From Acidobacteriota bacterium (lineage in GTDB: Bacteria > Acidobacteriota > Polarisedimenticolia > Polarisedimenticolales > JBBIHH01): a DNA stretch of 64,000 bases. The stretch's first letter is position 1. Each line of letters starts with the position of its first letter. Below, piece after piece: positions 51,941-61,428 of this stretch. Location: NCBI GenBank assembly GCA_037447115.1, contig JBBIHH010000013.1:18772-82771 (forward strand), in the 5' to 3' direction. The position numbers and the translations under genes are program-made. The notes under the pieces are model-generated. The model was given only the letters and a program-made list of their open reading frames with translations. It was not told the DNA's origin and did no database searches.

Positions 51941-53353
51941 CTACGGGCTGCCGAAGGCCCTCTGCCAGCCGAGCAGCCAGGCGTCCCGATCCCGGCTGAA
52001 CCACTGCGTGTCGCGACGCAACTCGACGAACCAGGCGACGCGTTCCAGGCGCACGCCGGCAGCGTAGCGCCGGCGCTGCACATCCCCGGCTTCGGCCTCG
52101 AGTTCGACGTAGGGCCGGGGCGACCGCGCTGCGCGCCGCACCCACCAGCGGGCGCCCAGGTCGAGATGCCAGCGCCGCCGCTCGCCGAAGCTGCTCGTCA
52201 GCAAGGCCCCGGCGCGCAGGCGCCCCTCCCACCGGGGAGCTCGCGGCGCGCCCTCCGCGTGCGGCACGCGCCATCCCAGGCTCTCGGCGCTCCATTCGAG
52301 AACGTTGAGGCTCGTGATTTTTCCTCCCGGCTCCGCGAGCTGGTGGTTGGAGCGATGGTAGAAAGACACCCCCCATAGCCACCGGGGTCTCGGCTGCTCG
52401 TAGCCGAGGCGGTACAGGTAGTAGAGATCGCCGGTGTCGTCGGCCGTGAGCACGTGCAGATCGAAATCGGCTGCGAGCCGCCCGCGGCCGAGCGGGGGCG
52501 AGTGGAACACCAACCACAGCCGCCCGGCGTGCCGGCGAGCTGTCCCCGCAGCGAGAAGGCCAGAGAGGTGCCCGGGCTCGCTGGAGGGGTTCCCGGCACT
52601 GCGGGCCCGGTAGGCCATCCCGAGCAGAGCCCCCCGAACCCGTGCACCCAGCGGATGGCGCGCGTGGAGGTAATGCGCGAAAAGCTCCAGCCCTTCGGTG
52701 CGCGCGCCGCGGGAGCGCCAGGTAGGACCCAGACGCGCGTCCCCCGCGAGCGAGCCTTCCCCGAACAGCCCGTCGTAGCTTCCATCCACGAGCCACGCGC
52801 CGGATTCCGCGGCGGCGAGTTCGAACCTCAGGGTCGCCCGGCCGTAGCCCTCGGCGCGGACCTCCCGGCGGTCCACCACCGGGCCGAGTTCCACCGCCGC
52901 CTCCCCCCGGGGGAACGTCCAGGATCGCCCGAGCCCGACGTAACGCACGAAGCCTTGCCCCGGGCGGTCCACTGCTTCGCGGCCCCGCTGGCCCACGACG
53001 GCGGTCCAGCGGAGGGTCGGCGCCTGCAGGCGTCCCTCCACCTGGTAGAGAAGCTCCCGCACGAGAAAGGTGAAATCCCCGAGGGTCTTCTGGATCGTGG
53101 TGGTCGTCTCGATGCGAAGCCCGAGCTGGAACGGCCCGATCCGCGCGACCGGTGCGTCGAGCCCCAGCTCTCCCCAAAGATCGAGCGCCTCGCCCCCGAT
53201 CCAGGCGATGGCCCCCCGAGCCTGTGCAGGAGGCAGGGTCTCGTCGTCCTGCGGTTCGGAGTCGGCCGTTACGGTGCTCGCCGTCCCCAGCAGCAGGACG
53301 GTGACATACACGGCTCGCCGCAGAACGCGCCTGCGGAACGCCGGGCGGGTCAC
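51941..53353 (-). CDS. Hypothetical exported protein, probable outer-membrane beta-barrel
   Basis: Signal sequence, alternating Gly/aromatic strands, ends WLLGWQRAFGSP; GTGA overlap with the GWxTD gene. Confidence 0.65.
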   Translation of the reverse strand: MTRPAFRRRVLRRAVYVTVLLLGTASTVTADSEPQDDETLPPAQARGAIAWIGGEALDLWGELGLDAPVARIGPFQLGLRIETTTTIQKTLGDFTFLVRELLYQVEGRLQAPTLRWTAVVGQRGREAVDRPGQGFVRYVGLGRSWTFPRGEAAVELGPVVDRREVRAEGYGRATLRFELAAAESGAWLVDGSYDGLFGEGSLAGDARLGPTWRSRGARTEGLELFAHYLHARHPLGARVRGALLGMAYRARSAGNPSSEPGHLSGLLAAGTARRHAGRLWLVFHSPPLGRGRLAADFDLHVLTADDTGDLYYLYRLGYEQPRPRWLWGVSFYHRSNHQLAEPGGKITSLNVLEWSAESLGWRVPHAEGAPRAPRWEGRLRAGALLTSSFGERRRWHLDLGARWWVRRAARSPRPYVELEAEAGDVQRRRYAAGVRLERVAWFVELRRDTQWFSRDRDAWLLGWQRAFGSP

Positions 53354-54855
53354 CAGCTTCCCGCGGTAGCGTTTTCGGCGACCGCCTCGCCCTGCGCCTG
53401 CGGGGCGAGCTCGAAGCTCAGGAAGGCTTCCGCCGCCGCTCCCGCGACATCCGAGACCGAGATCCTCACGCGGTACTCCCCGAGCGGCCAAGCAGGGCTC
53501 GTGGGCACGGCCCAGCCCTGAGCGCCCCGGGCATCCGGTTGTTCCACGGGCCTGCCCACGGACTGCCAGGGCTGGTCCGGCTGCGCTCGCGCCTCCAGGC
53601 TATAGGTCACGCGATAGGGACCCTCTCCCCCGTACACCTCGTACAGGAGGGCGATGGGCTCGCCCTGGGGCACGCGCGGGCTCACCCGGGGCACGGCACG
53701 GAAGGCGCCGACGATGAAGGGTTCCTCGTAACCGCGCAGCGCTTGGTAGCGCACGGGTTCGAGTTCGCGGGCCAGCACGACATCGCTCAGCTGCAGCCCT
53801 TCCCCTGCGAAGGGCTCCACGGGGATCTCCCGCAGGGCCACGCGCGAGAGGCTGGAGCCAGGATAGACCGCCAGCGCGATGAGCGTGTAGGTTCCCGGCT
53901 GCACCACGACCCGCGCCTGCCCGAGAAACCGCCGGCCCTCGACGAAGCGGAACGACTCCTGTCCCAGGACGTAGCGTCGATCGCTCCCCTTGGCCTGGAG
54001 CTTGGCGATCACGGCGGGGACAGCGCCGCCCGCCACGTCGGGGGGGGCGACCGTCAGCGACAGCACGACCCCCCGCCCCTGGGGGTCCCTCAGGCGGTGC
54101 ACCACGAGAGGCAGGATCGCCTCGGTGTAGAACTCGCGCGTCTCGATGCGCTCGAGGAGGACCTCCTCCTGCGGCGGTACCTCCTGCATGCGCCCCAGAT
54201 CGAGCATCACCGCCAGCGGCGAGCGGTTGGGGTGGATCAGGTCCACCTGCAGCCACTGCTCGTAGAACGAGCGCTGCTCGAGCGCGTCCAGGTCGAAGAA
54301 CTCGCTCGCCAGCTTGGGATCGAACGACAGGCGGTACTCGCCGCTCGCGTCGCGGACGAAGGGCACCACCACCACGGGACCCAGGTCGGGGCGGCCCCCG
54401 GGCCGCCCTTCGTAGTGCCAGCGCAGGACGCCCCGCGTCCCGGGAGCGAGCTGCGGGAACTCCGCGTAGGGGTCCTCCTCGATCCTCTGCGGGGCGCCGT
54501 AGAGGATGTGGATCTTGCCGCGGTCCGTCATCCAGCCCGGTCGCGGGCTGTCCAGGAAGCGCTCGTTGGCCTCGCGGACGCGCTGCCAGAAGAGCTGGCG
54601 GTACTCGTTGACGAGCGTCCGAGGCTCGGGATCCCGGCGTGCCCAGAACGCTTCGATGAACGCCGCGCGGCTCTCGTCGTCCTCGAGCGCCTTGAAGGCA
54701 TCGATCTCGGCGGGCGTGGCGATGTACCGCACCGGGCCTTCGATCCAGTCGCGCAGCGACGCCTCCCCCGCGCCTGCCCCGCTCGCGAGCAGGCACACCC
54801 CCAGCAGGCTCGCGCCCCGCGACCGTCTCGCCCCCAGGCCTCCCGGCAACCTCAC
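53350..54855 (-). CDS. GWxTD-domain protein
   Basis: FIEAFWARRDP..NEY..RV..AN..F..GWMTDRGKIHILYG; signal peptide. Confidence 0.9.
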   Translation of the reverse strand: MRLPGGLGARRSRGASLLGVCLLASGAGAGEASLRDWIEGPVRYIATPAEIDAFKALEDDESRAAFIEAFWARRDPEPRTLVNEYRQLFWQRVREANERFLDSPRPGWMTDRGKIHILYGAPQRIEEDPYAEFPQLAPGTRGVLRWHYEGRPGGRPDLGPVVVVPFVRDASGEYRLSFDPKLASEFFDLDALEQRSFYEQWLQVDLIHPNRSPLAVMLDLGRMQEVPPQEEVLLERIETREFYTEAILPLVVHRLRDPQGRGVVLSLTVAPPDVAGGAVPAVIAKLQAKGSDRRYVLGQESFRFVEGRRFLGQARVVVQPGTYTLIALAVYPGSSLSRVALREIPVEPFAGEGLQLSDVVLARELEPVRYQALRGYEEPFIVGAFRAVPRVSPRVPQGEPIALLYEVYGGEGPYRVTYSLEARAQPDQPWQSVGRPVEQPDARGAQGWAVPTSPAWPLGEYRVRISVSDVAGAAAEAFLSFELAPQAQGEAVAENATAGSW

Positions 54856-54904
54856 AGCGAAGACAGTATAATCACGCCTCGCACGGCAGCGCATCGCGGG
54901 AGGC

Positions 54905-55939
54905 GTGAAGGTGCGGGTGCGGAGCGTGCCGGTCCGGTGCGGCGCGGGGGCGATCGTGGTGCTGTGCGTGGCGCTCGCTGCCGCGTGCGGCCGCGACGCG
55001 CGGGTCGGCTACCGCGAGCTCGCGGACGAAGACCCTGAGGTGCGCGCGGACGCGGCGCTGCGGCTCGGGCAAACTAAAGCCAGGGAAGCCGTCGATGCGC
55101 TCGTCGCCGTGCTCGACGATCCGGACGAGCGGGTTCGCGTGGAGGCCGCGCGCGCGCTCGGCGAGATCGGCGATCCGCGTGCGGTGCCGGCGCTGACGCG
55201 CCTGGCCGGCGATCGCCTGCACACGGTTCGCATCGCCGTGGCGCAGGCGCTGGGCAAGATCGGCGACCCGGCGGCGCTGCCGGCCCTCAAGCAACTGCTC
55301 TACGATCCCGAGCAAGGCGTGCGCCTGGCCGCGACGACTGCCGTCGGTGCCGTTCCCGGAGACGAGTCGCTCGATCTTTTGCTCCAGGTGGCGTTGCGCG
55401 ACGACAACGAGACCCTGCGCACGCACGTGGTGCGCTTCCTCGGGGAGCGCGAAGCCCGGGGGGCCATCCCGCGCCTGGAGGCAGCCCTGGTGAGCGAGGC
55501 CGATATCGTGCGGGCCAACGCGGCTCTCGTCTTGCGGGATCTGGCGGACCGCTCCTCGGTACCGGCGCTCCTGCGAGCCCTGGAGGACCCGTTCTTCAAA
55601 GTCCGCAGTCAGGCGGCGTTCGCCCTGGCGCGCGTGGCCCCCGACGATGCCGAGGTGCGGCAAGCCCTGCACCGCCGTCTCGAACGCGAGCAGGATCAGA
55701 TCGCGATCGTGGACCTGGCGTGGTGCCTGGCGAAGATGAACGATCCCTCCCGGCTCGACCTGATCCGGGAGTTGCTGTTTCGCGGGCAGCCGGAAGATGT
55801 GCGGGCCGAGGCCGCGATCGCGTTGGGCGAGGTCGGCGACGCGTCCGACGTGCCTCGGTTGGAACGGGCGCTGCGCGACAAGAAGGGCCTGGTGCGCAAG
55901 GAGGCGCGACGCGCCCTCGAGCGGTTGCGCGCGGCCTGA
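54905..55939 (+). CDS. HEAT-repeat protein, probable lipoprotein
   Basis: LAAAC lipobox-like sequence; repeated VR..AA.ALG.IGD. Confidence 0.88.
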   Translation: MKVRVRSVPVRCGAGAIVVLCVALAAACGRDARVGYRELADEDPEVRADAALRLGQTKAREAVDALVAVLDDPDERVRVEAARALGEIGDPRAVPALTRLAGDRLHTVRIAVAQALGKIGDPAALPALKQLLYDPEQGVRLAATTAVGAVPGDESLDLLLQVALRDDNETLRTHVVRFLGEREARGAIPRLEAALVSEADIVRANAALVLRDLADRSSVPALLRALEDPFFKVRSQAAFALARVAPDDAEVRQALHRRLEREQDQIAIVDLAWCLAKMNDPSRLDLIRELLFRGQPEDVRAEAAIALGEVGDASDVPRLERALRDKKGLVRKEARRALERLRAA

Positions 55940-55983
55940 AGGTGAGCCGGCGCTCGGGTTCGCCGTGTCGGAGCGGAGGGAAC

Positions 55984-56577
55984 GTGCGCCCAGCGTGGGA
56001 GGGGCGGCTCGTGAGCCGCGTGCTGGCCGAGATCGCTCGGCGGCAGTATCCTCAGGTCCTCGATCTGGGACCGCTATGCGGCGCCTCGGTGACCCAGCTC
56101 GCGCGCCTGGGCGCGCGGGTGCACGTCGAGCCCTTCGAACCCCCTCCCCCGACGCCGCCCCGCCGGCCGCGCCAGCCCCCGCCTCCCCTGGTACCTCTAC
56201 GCATCGCCAGACTCGACGCCAGCTTCGATCTCGTGCTCGCGGGCGAGTGGCTCGATTTCGTACCGCCTGACCGCTGGGACGATTTCGGTACCGAGCTCGC
56301 GCGCGTGGTGCGGGGCGGGGGATGGGTTGTGCTGTTTTCCCGGATGGGACGCAGCACGATGATGGACCGCCCCGCGGCGTTCCGCGTGGAGGCCGACGGG
56401 CGCCTCGTGCGTCAGGCTGCCCGCGGCGCCCGCCGCCCGCGCTGGAGCCCGACGACTCGCGAGATCGAGCGAGTCCTGGGCGCCTTCGTCGTGGAGCAGA
56501 TTCACCTCTATCGCGATCAGCTGCGCGAGGTCGTCGCCCGGCGCCGGCACGCGGAAGCGGAGGGGAACGCCCCGTGA
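55984..56577 (+). CDS. Class I SAM-methyltransferase-like protein
   Basis: GGAGGG RBS; VLDLGP, SFDLVL, RVVRGGG. Confidence 0.65.
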   Translation: MRPAWEGRLVSRVLAEIARRQYPQVLDLGPLCGASVTQLARLGARVHVEPFEPPPPTPPRRPRQPPPPLVPLRIARLDASFDLVLAGEWLDFVPPDRWDDFGTELARVVRGGGWVVLFSRMGRSTMMDRPAAFRVEADGRLVRQAARGARRPRWSPTTREIERVLGAFVVEQIHLYRDQLREVVARRRHAEAEGNAP

Positions 56578-57782
56578 AGCTCGCGGCTCGCGCTTGGGCC
56601 ACCCGCACCTCGCCGACGATGCGCATCGCCGGACGGGCCATCGAGCTGCGCGCCGCCGGGCACGAGATCGTGGACTTGAGTGTGGGCGAGCCGGATCTGC
56701 CGACCCCGGAACCCGTCAAGGAGGCCGGCCGCAGGGCGATTACGGAAAACCGCACGCGGTACACGGCCAACGAGGGGCTGCGCGAACTGCGCGAGGCGAT
56801 CGCCGCGCGTCTCGAGACGGAGCTGGGGCTCTCGTACGGCAGCGACGAGATCCTCGTTTCCAGCGGGGCGAAGGCGAGCCTGTATCTGGCGGCGATGGCT
56901 CTCTTCGAGGAAGGCGACGAGGTGGTCCTCGTGGCCCCCTACTGGGTGTCCTATCCGGCGCAGCTGAGACTGGCCGGTGCGACCCCCGTCGTGGTGCGCA
57001 CGGGGATCGAGCAGGGGTTCCGGCTCGATGCGCACGCCCTGCGCCAAGCCGTGACACCGCGCACCCGGGGCGTGATCCTCAACTACCCCGCGAACCCGAC
57101 GGGCGTCTGCTACACCGCGGACGAGCTGCGCAGCTTGGCCGAGGTCTGCCTGGAGTGTGACCTCGTGGTGCTGGCCGACGAGATCTACGAGAAGCTGCTC
57201 TACGACGGGCGCACCTTCACCAGCATCGGCGCGCTCCACCCGGGGATGCGGGAGCGCACGGTGATCGTCAATGGCGTCAGCAAGGCCTTCGCCATGACGG
57301 GCTGGCGGCTCGGGTACGCGGCGGGTCCGCGGGAGGTGATCGCGGCGATGGCCCGTCTGCAGAGCCACATGACGAGCCACCCGTCCTCGATCTCGCAGTG
57401 GGCGGCCCTGGAGGCGTTGCGCGGCGGTGGCGATGCGGTCGAGGCGATGCGGCAGCGCTTCGAGAGGCGGCGCGATGCGATGCTGCGGGCCCTGAGCGAG
57501 CTGCCTGGCGTGCGGTGGGTGGTGCCGGAGGGGGCGTTCTACGTGCTCGTGGACGTGCGGGCTTGGCTGGAGCCCGAGCGCGACGGACCCCGCGCGAGCG
57601 CCGAGGCCCTGGGCCTGCACTTGCTGGAGGAGGCCGGTGTGGCCGTCGTCCCGGGGGAGGGTTTCGGGGCGCCGGGGCACCTGCGCCTGTCGTTCGCATG
57701 CGAAGAGGCCACGATCGGGGCCGGCGTGGGACGTATCCGGGAAGCCCTGCTGCGGCTGGGGGAACCTCGTGGGGCGGAATAA
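56574..57782 (+). CDS. PLP-dependent aminotransferase class I/II (aspartate aminotransferase-like)
   Basis: GEPD, NYPANPTG, DEIY, SKAFAMTGWRLGY. Confidence 0.95.
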   Translation: MKLAARAWATRTSPTMRIAGRAIELRAAGHEIVDLSVGEPDLPTPEPVKEAGRRAITENRTRYTANEGLRELREAIAARLETELGLSYGSDEILVSSGAKASLYLAAMALFEEGDEVVLVAPYWVSYPAQLRLAGATPVVVRTGIEQGFRLDAHALRQAVTPRTRGVILNYPANPTGVCYTADELRSLAEVCLECDLVVLADEIYEKLLYDGRTFTSIGALHPGMRERTVIVNGVSKAFAMTGWRLGYAAGPREVIAAMARLQSHMTSHPSSISQWAALEALRGGGDAVEAMRQRFERRRDAMLRALSELPGVRWVVPEGAFYVLVDVRAWLEPERDGPRASAEALGLHLLEEAGVAVVPGEGFGAPGHLRLSFACEEATIGAGVGRIREALLRLGEPRGAE

Positions 57783-57858
57783 CGCCGTGGGCTTCCGGGT
57801 TGTCGCAGGCAGAGCCGGCCATGGACTCCCCCTTGCGCTTAGACTCGGGCCGGCACGG

Positions 57859-57901
57859 GAGGCGGCGCAGGCTCTTGCCCCCCTGCGCCGCCTCGTTTTT
57901 T
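57859..57901 (+). terminator. Intrinsic terminator
   Basis: 13-bp stem GAGGCGGCGCAGG/CCTGCGCCGCCTC followed by GTTTTTT. Confidence 0.75.
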
Positions 57902-57937
57902 CCCCTGACGTCTGCCCGGGCCGGCCGGACTGACGCG

Positions 57938-58666
57938 ATGTGGCTCTACCGACTGGCCCAGGGCCTGCGCCCCGTGCTCCGCCTCTACTGGGACCTGCGC
58001 CTGGAGGGCGCCGTGGACGCGCTTCCGCGCGAGGGACCGTTGATCGTCGTGGCCAACCACTCCAGCTTCCTCGATCCCTGGCTGCTGGGGGCGGTGTTCC
58101 CGCGGCCGCTGCATTACCTGATCACGCGGGAGTGGTACGATCGCTCGCCGTTGTGGCGCGCGTTTTTCCGCGCATGGGGCGTGATCCCCGTCCAGCGCGA
58201 TCCCCAGGCGACTGTGGACGAGGTGGCCCGGGTGGTGGAGCGGGGCGAGGTGGTGGGCGTATTCCCCGAGGGCCGCATCAGCCACGACGGCCGGATGCAG
58301 CGCTTCCGCTCCGGCGTGGTCTACCTCGCGGCGCGCACCGGCGCACCGGTGCTGCCCGTGGGTCTCGCTGGTCCCTACGAGATCCTGCCGCGGCACCGGC
58401 GATGGCCTCGCCGGGGGCGAGTCGTGGCGCGGGTGGGCCTGCCTCTGCGCTTCGCGGGAAGCCCCGAGGCGCGGCCCTCGCGCCAGGCGGTGCGGGCGTT
58501 TCGAGAGGCCCTGTTTCGAGCGGTGGCATCCCTCGCGGACGCGCCCGCCCCCGAGGCTGGTGCCGAAGGGGAGACTCGAACTCCCACGGGCTTGCACCCA
58601 CTAGATCCTGAATCTAGCGCGTCTACCAGTTCCGCCACTTCGGCACGGGATCGCGTACCCGGGTGA
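57938..58666 (+). CDS. Lysophospholipid acyltransferase (PlsC family)
   Basis: NHSSFLD, FPEGR, PVLPV; the C-terminal tail runs antisense through tRNA-Leu. Confidence 0.9.
   Translation: MWLYRLAQGLRPVLRLYWDLRLEGAVDALPREGPLIVVANHSSFLDPWLLGAVFPRPLHYLITREWYDRSPLWRAFFRAWGVIPVQRDPQATVDEVARVVERGEVVGVFPEGRISHDGRMQRFRSGVVYLAARTGAPVLPVGLAGPYEILPRHRRWPRRGRVVARVGLPLRFAGSPEARPSRQAVRAFREALFRAVASLADAPAPEAGAEGETRTPTGLHPLDPESSASTSSATSARDRVPG
58558..58644 (-). tRNA. tRNA-Leu (anticodon CAG)
   Basis: GCCGAAG acceptor stem, CTAGA-TTCAGGA-TCTAG anticodon arm, long variable arm, GTTCGAG T-loop, ACCA end. Confidence 0.97.
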
Positions 58667-58690
58667 CCACTCGCCGGCGTGTCGGCGCCC

Positions 58691-58720
58691 AGGCTAACAA
58701 AGGCCGCCGGGAGTTGTCAA
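58691..58720 (-). promoter_or_regulatory. Sigma70-type promoter for tRNA-Leu
   Basis: TTGACA-18 nt-TAGCCT on the minus strand. Confidence 0.65.
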
Positions 58721-58776
58721 CGCGCGGTGGGCTCGCAGTCGCGCCTCGCCGGGGCGAGGGCCGCAGCGAGGAGGCC

Positions 58777-60747
58777 ATGCCACGAGCGCCGTTTCCCGCG
58801 GGACACGAGGAGCAGCGACGCCTCGTTCTGGAATACCTCGAGCGCCGCCGCGGGCGGCCGGTGACCAGCGCGACGCTCATGCGCCAGCTGGGGGTGCCGC
58901 GCGAGCGGCGCCGCGCCGTGCGCAGGCTTCTCGAGGGGCTCGAGCGGGAGGGTGCCGTGGAGCGGCGGGATGCGGGGGGCTGGGTGCGCCGCCACCCGCG
59001 GGAAGTCGCCCCGGAGCGCCCGGAAAAGCCGTGGGTCGCGGTGCTGCGGCTCGACCGCTCGCGCGCCTTCGCGCGGGCGCTCTCCCTCGATCGCGAGCGG
59101 CCCGGCGCGGTGGTCCTTCGCAGCGGGCAGTGCCGCGGAGCCCGCGACGGGGACGTGGTCGTGCTGGAGCCGCCGCGGGAGAGCCGAGGCGAGGCCGTGG
59201 CGGGACGGGTGAGGGAAGTTCTCGGACCGCTCGAAGCTCCCGGCGTGGATGGGGAGGTCGTGGTCCGGCTCTACGGTCTGCGCCGGGAGTTCCCGCACCC
59301 GGTCCTGCTCGAGGCGAGCAAGCTCGCCGCGGCGACGCCCCGCTTGCTGGCCGGGCGCGAGCTTTTCGACGACCCGCCCCCGGTGACGCTCGACGGGGAG
59401 ACGGCGAGAGATTTCGACGACGCCATCGCCGTCGCGGCGAGGCCGGGAGGCGGTTTCCGCCTCTACGTCCACATCGCGGACGTCTCCGCCTACGTGCGAC
59501 CGGGGGGCCCGCTCGATCGCGAGGCCTTCGCCCGCGCCACGAGCGTCTATTTTCCCGGAACGGTGCTCCCCATGTTGCCGCCGGCGCTTTCCGAGGATTT
59601 GTGCTCGCTCAGGCCGGGGGAGCTGCGGCCCGTGCAGACGGTGATCCTGGATGTCGACGCGCGCGGCCTCGCGCGCCGCATCCGCGTCGCCGACGGGGTG
59701 ATCCGCTCGGCGGCGCGCCTGACCTACCGTCAGGTAGCGGCGGCGCTCGAGGGGCGCCGCCGCTACGCGGGCATTCCCCCGGCGATTCTCGAGATGCTGC
59801 GCACGGCGGACGGCCTGAGGGAGCGTCTGGAAGCCCGCCGGCGCGCGCGCGGCAGCATCGATTTCGATCTTCCGGAGCCCGAGATCCTGCTCGATCTGGA
59901 CGGGGTCGTGACCGGCGTGATCGTCGAGCCGCGCAACCGGGCGCATCGCATGATCGAGGAGTTCATGCTCGCCGCCAACGAGGCGGTGGCCCGCTGCCTC
60001 GCGCGGCGGCGCGCGCCGTGCCTCTACCGCGTCCACGAGCCCCCGGATCCGGCCAAGGTCGAGGCACTGCGGGAAATGGCGCGCGCCTTCGGGCTGTCCT
60101 GGCGCTGCGAGGCGCCTCACCCGCAGCCCCGAGACTTCCAGCGCTTGCTCGAGCGCGCCCGCGGCCGGCCCTTTTACCCCGTGCTGGCCCAGGCGGTGCT
60201 GCGCTCGATGAAGCAGGCGCGCTACGCCGCGGAAAACCTGGGTCATTTCGGGCTGGCGGCCCCCGTCTACTGCCATTTCACCTCCCCCATCCGGCGCTAC
60301 GCGGACCTGGTCGTCCACCGGCTCCTGCGGGCCTGCCTCCGGGGGGACCGGCGTGCCCTGCGGCAGGCGGGCGGTGGGCTCGAGGCTTGCGCGGCGCATT
60401 GCTCGGCGAGCGAGCGCAACGCCGAAGCGGCGGAGCGCGAGATCATCGCCTGGAAGCTCGTGCATTTCCTGCGCGGCCGCGAGGGGGAGCGGCAGAACGG
60501 AACCGTGGTGGCCGTCGCGCCCTTCGGTGTGTTCGTGCGCCTGGCGGACCCCCCGGTGGAGGGACTCGTGCGGATCGAAAGCCTGGGCCGGGAGCGCTGG
60601 AGATTCGACGAGCGGCGCCAGCAACTGCGGGGGGAGGCGACGGGCCGCGTGGTGCGCGTGGGGGACACGATGCCGGTGCGGATCGTGCGCGTCGATCCCG
60701 TGCAGCGGCGGGTGGATCTTGCCGCCGTCGAGCCGCAGCCGGCCTAG
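58777..60747 (+). CDS. rnr: Ribonuclease R (VacB/RNB family)
   Basis: TLDGETARDFDDAI, HIADVS, IEEFMLAANE, HFTSPIRRYADL, S1 domain. Confidence 0.92.
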   Translation: MPRAPFPAGHEEQRRLVLEYLERRRGRPVTSATLMRQLGVPRERRRAVRRLLEGLEREGAVERRDAGGWVRRHPREVAPERPEKPWVAVLRLDRSRAFARALSLDRERPGAVVLRSGQCRGARDGDVVVLEPPRESRGEAVAGRVREVLGPLEAPGVDGEVVVRLYGLRREFPHPVLLEASKLAAATPRLLAGRELFDDPPPVTLDGETARDFDDAIAVAARPGGGFRLYVHIADVSAYVRPGGPLDREAFARATSVYFPGTVLPMLPPALSEDLCSLRPGELRPVQTVILDVDARGLARRIRVADGVIRSAARLTYRQVAAALEGRRRYAGIPPAILEMLRTADGLRERLEARRRARGSIDFDLPEPEILLDLDGVVTGVIVEPRNRAHRMIEEFMLAANEAVARCLARRRAPCLYRVHEPPDPAKVEALREMARAFGLSWRCEAPHPQPRDFQRLLERARGRPFYPVLAQAVLRSMKQARYAAENLGHFGLAAPVYCHFTSPIRRYADLVVHRLLRACLRGDRRALRQAGGGLEACAAHCSASERNAEAAEREIIAWKLVHFLRGREGERQNGTVVAVAPFGVFVRLADPPVEGLVRIESLGRERWRFDERRQQLRGEATGRVVRVGDTMPVRIVRVDPVQRRVDLAAVEPQPA

Positions 60748-60824
60748 GGCGCGTGGGCGGGATTCGCGCGCGTGCGGCGGGTGGCGCAGCGGTGTAGGAT
60801 GGCGGCCGCACGTGGAGGGTCGGA

Positions 60825-61358
60825 ATGGGGCTGCGAGCGGAAGATGTCATGGTGCGGGATGTGATCTGCGTCCCGGAGGAGATGGACCTGCGCGACCTGA
60901 CGAAGCTGTTCCTCGAGCGCGGGATCACGGGGGCACCGGTCGTGGACCGCGAGGGGAGGCTGCGGGGCGTCATCTCCCAAACGGACCTGCTGTTCTATTC
61001 GCTGACGCGCGACGACGAGTTGCGCATGGACTCGACCTTTTACCATTCCGTGCGGGTGGAGGGCCGTCACCTGCCCGCGGGTTTCCAGATCGAGGATGTC
61101 AACACGGCCCGCGTGGCGGACGTGATGACCCCGGTCGTGCACTCGGTGACCGCACGGGCGTCGCTGGAGTCGGTGGCGAGGATGATGACGCGCAACCACA
61201 TTCACCGCGTCATCGTCCGCCGCGGCTCGAAGGTGGCGGGGATCATCTCCGCCCTCGATATCTTGAAGGCGGTGGGCCGGAGGGAGCGTTCGCGCCCCCG
61301 CCGGGATACCAGGAAGCCCGCGCGGCGGGCCCGGGAGGCCGGGCGGCGCCGGCGCTGA
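60825..61358 (+). CDS. CBS-pair protein
   Basis: AEDVM..ITGAPVVD..GVISQTDL and VADVMT..GIISALDI. Confidence 0.92.
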   Translation: MGLRAEDVMVRDVICVPEEMDLRDLTKLFLERGITGAPVVDREGRLRGVISQTDLLFYSLTRDDELRMDSTFYHSVRVEGRHLPAGFQIEDVNTARVADVMTPVVHSVTARASLESVARMMTRNHIHRVIVRRGSKVAGIISALDILKAVGRRERSRPRRDTRKPARRAREAGRRRR

Positions 61359-61428
61359 CAAGAACCCGGCTCCGCGTCTAGAATTCGCACTTCGACGCGG
61401 GCCAGCGCGCACCGCGGGTGGGCGAGGG

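Noticed and set aside
57785-57825. Imperfect hairpin before the terminator downstream of the aminotransferase
   Set aside because: Short and GC-rich with no recognisable RNA family motif; indistinguishable from chance by eye.
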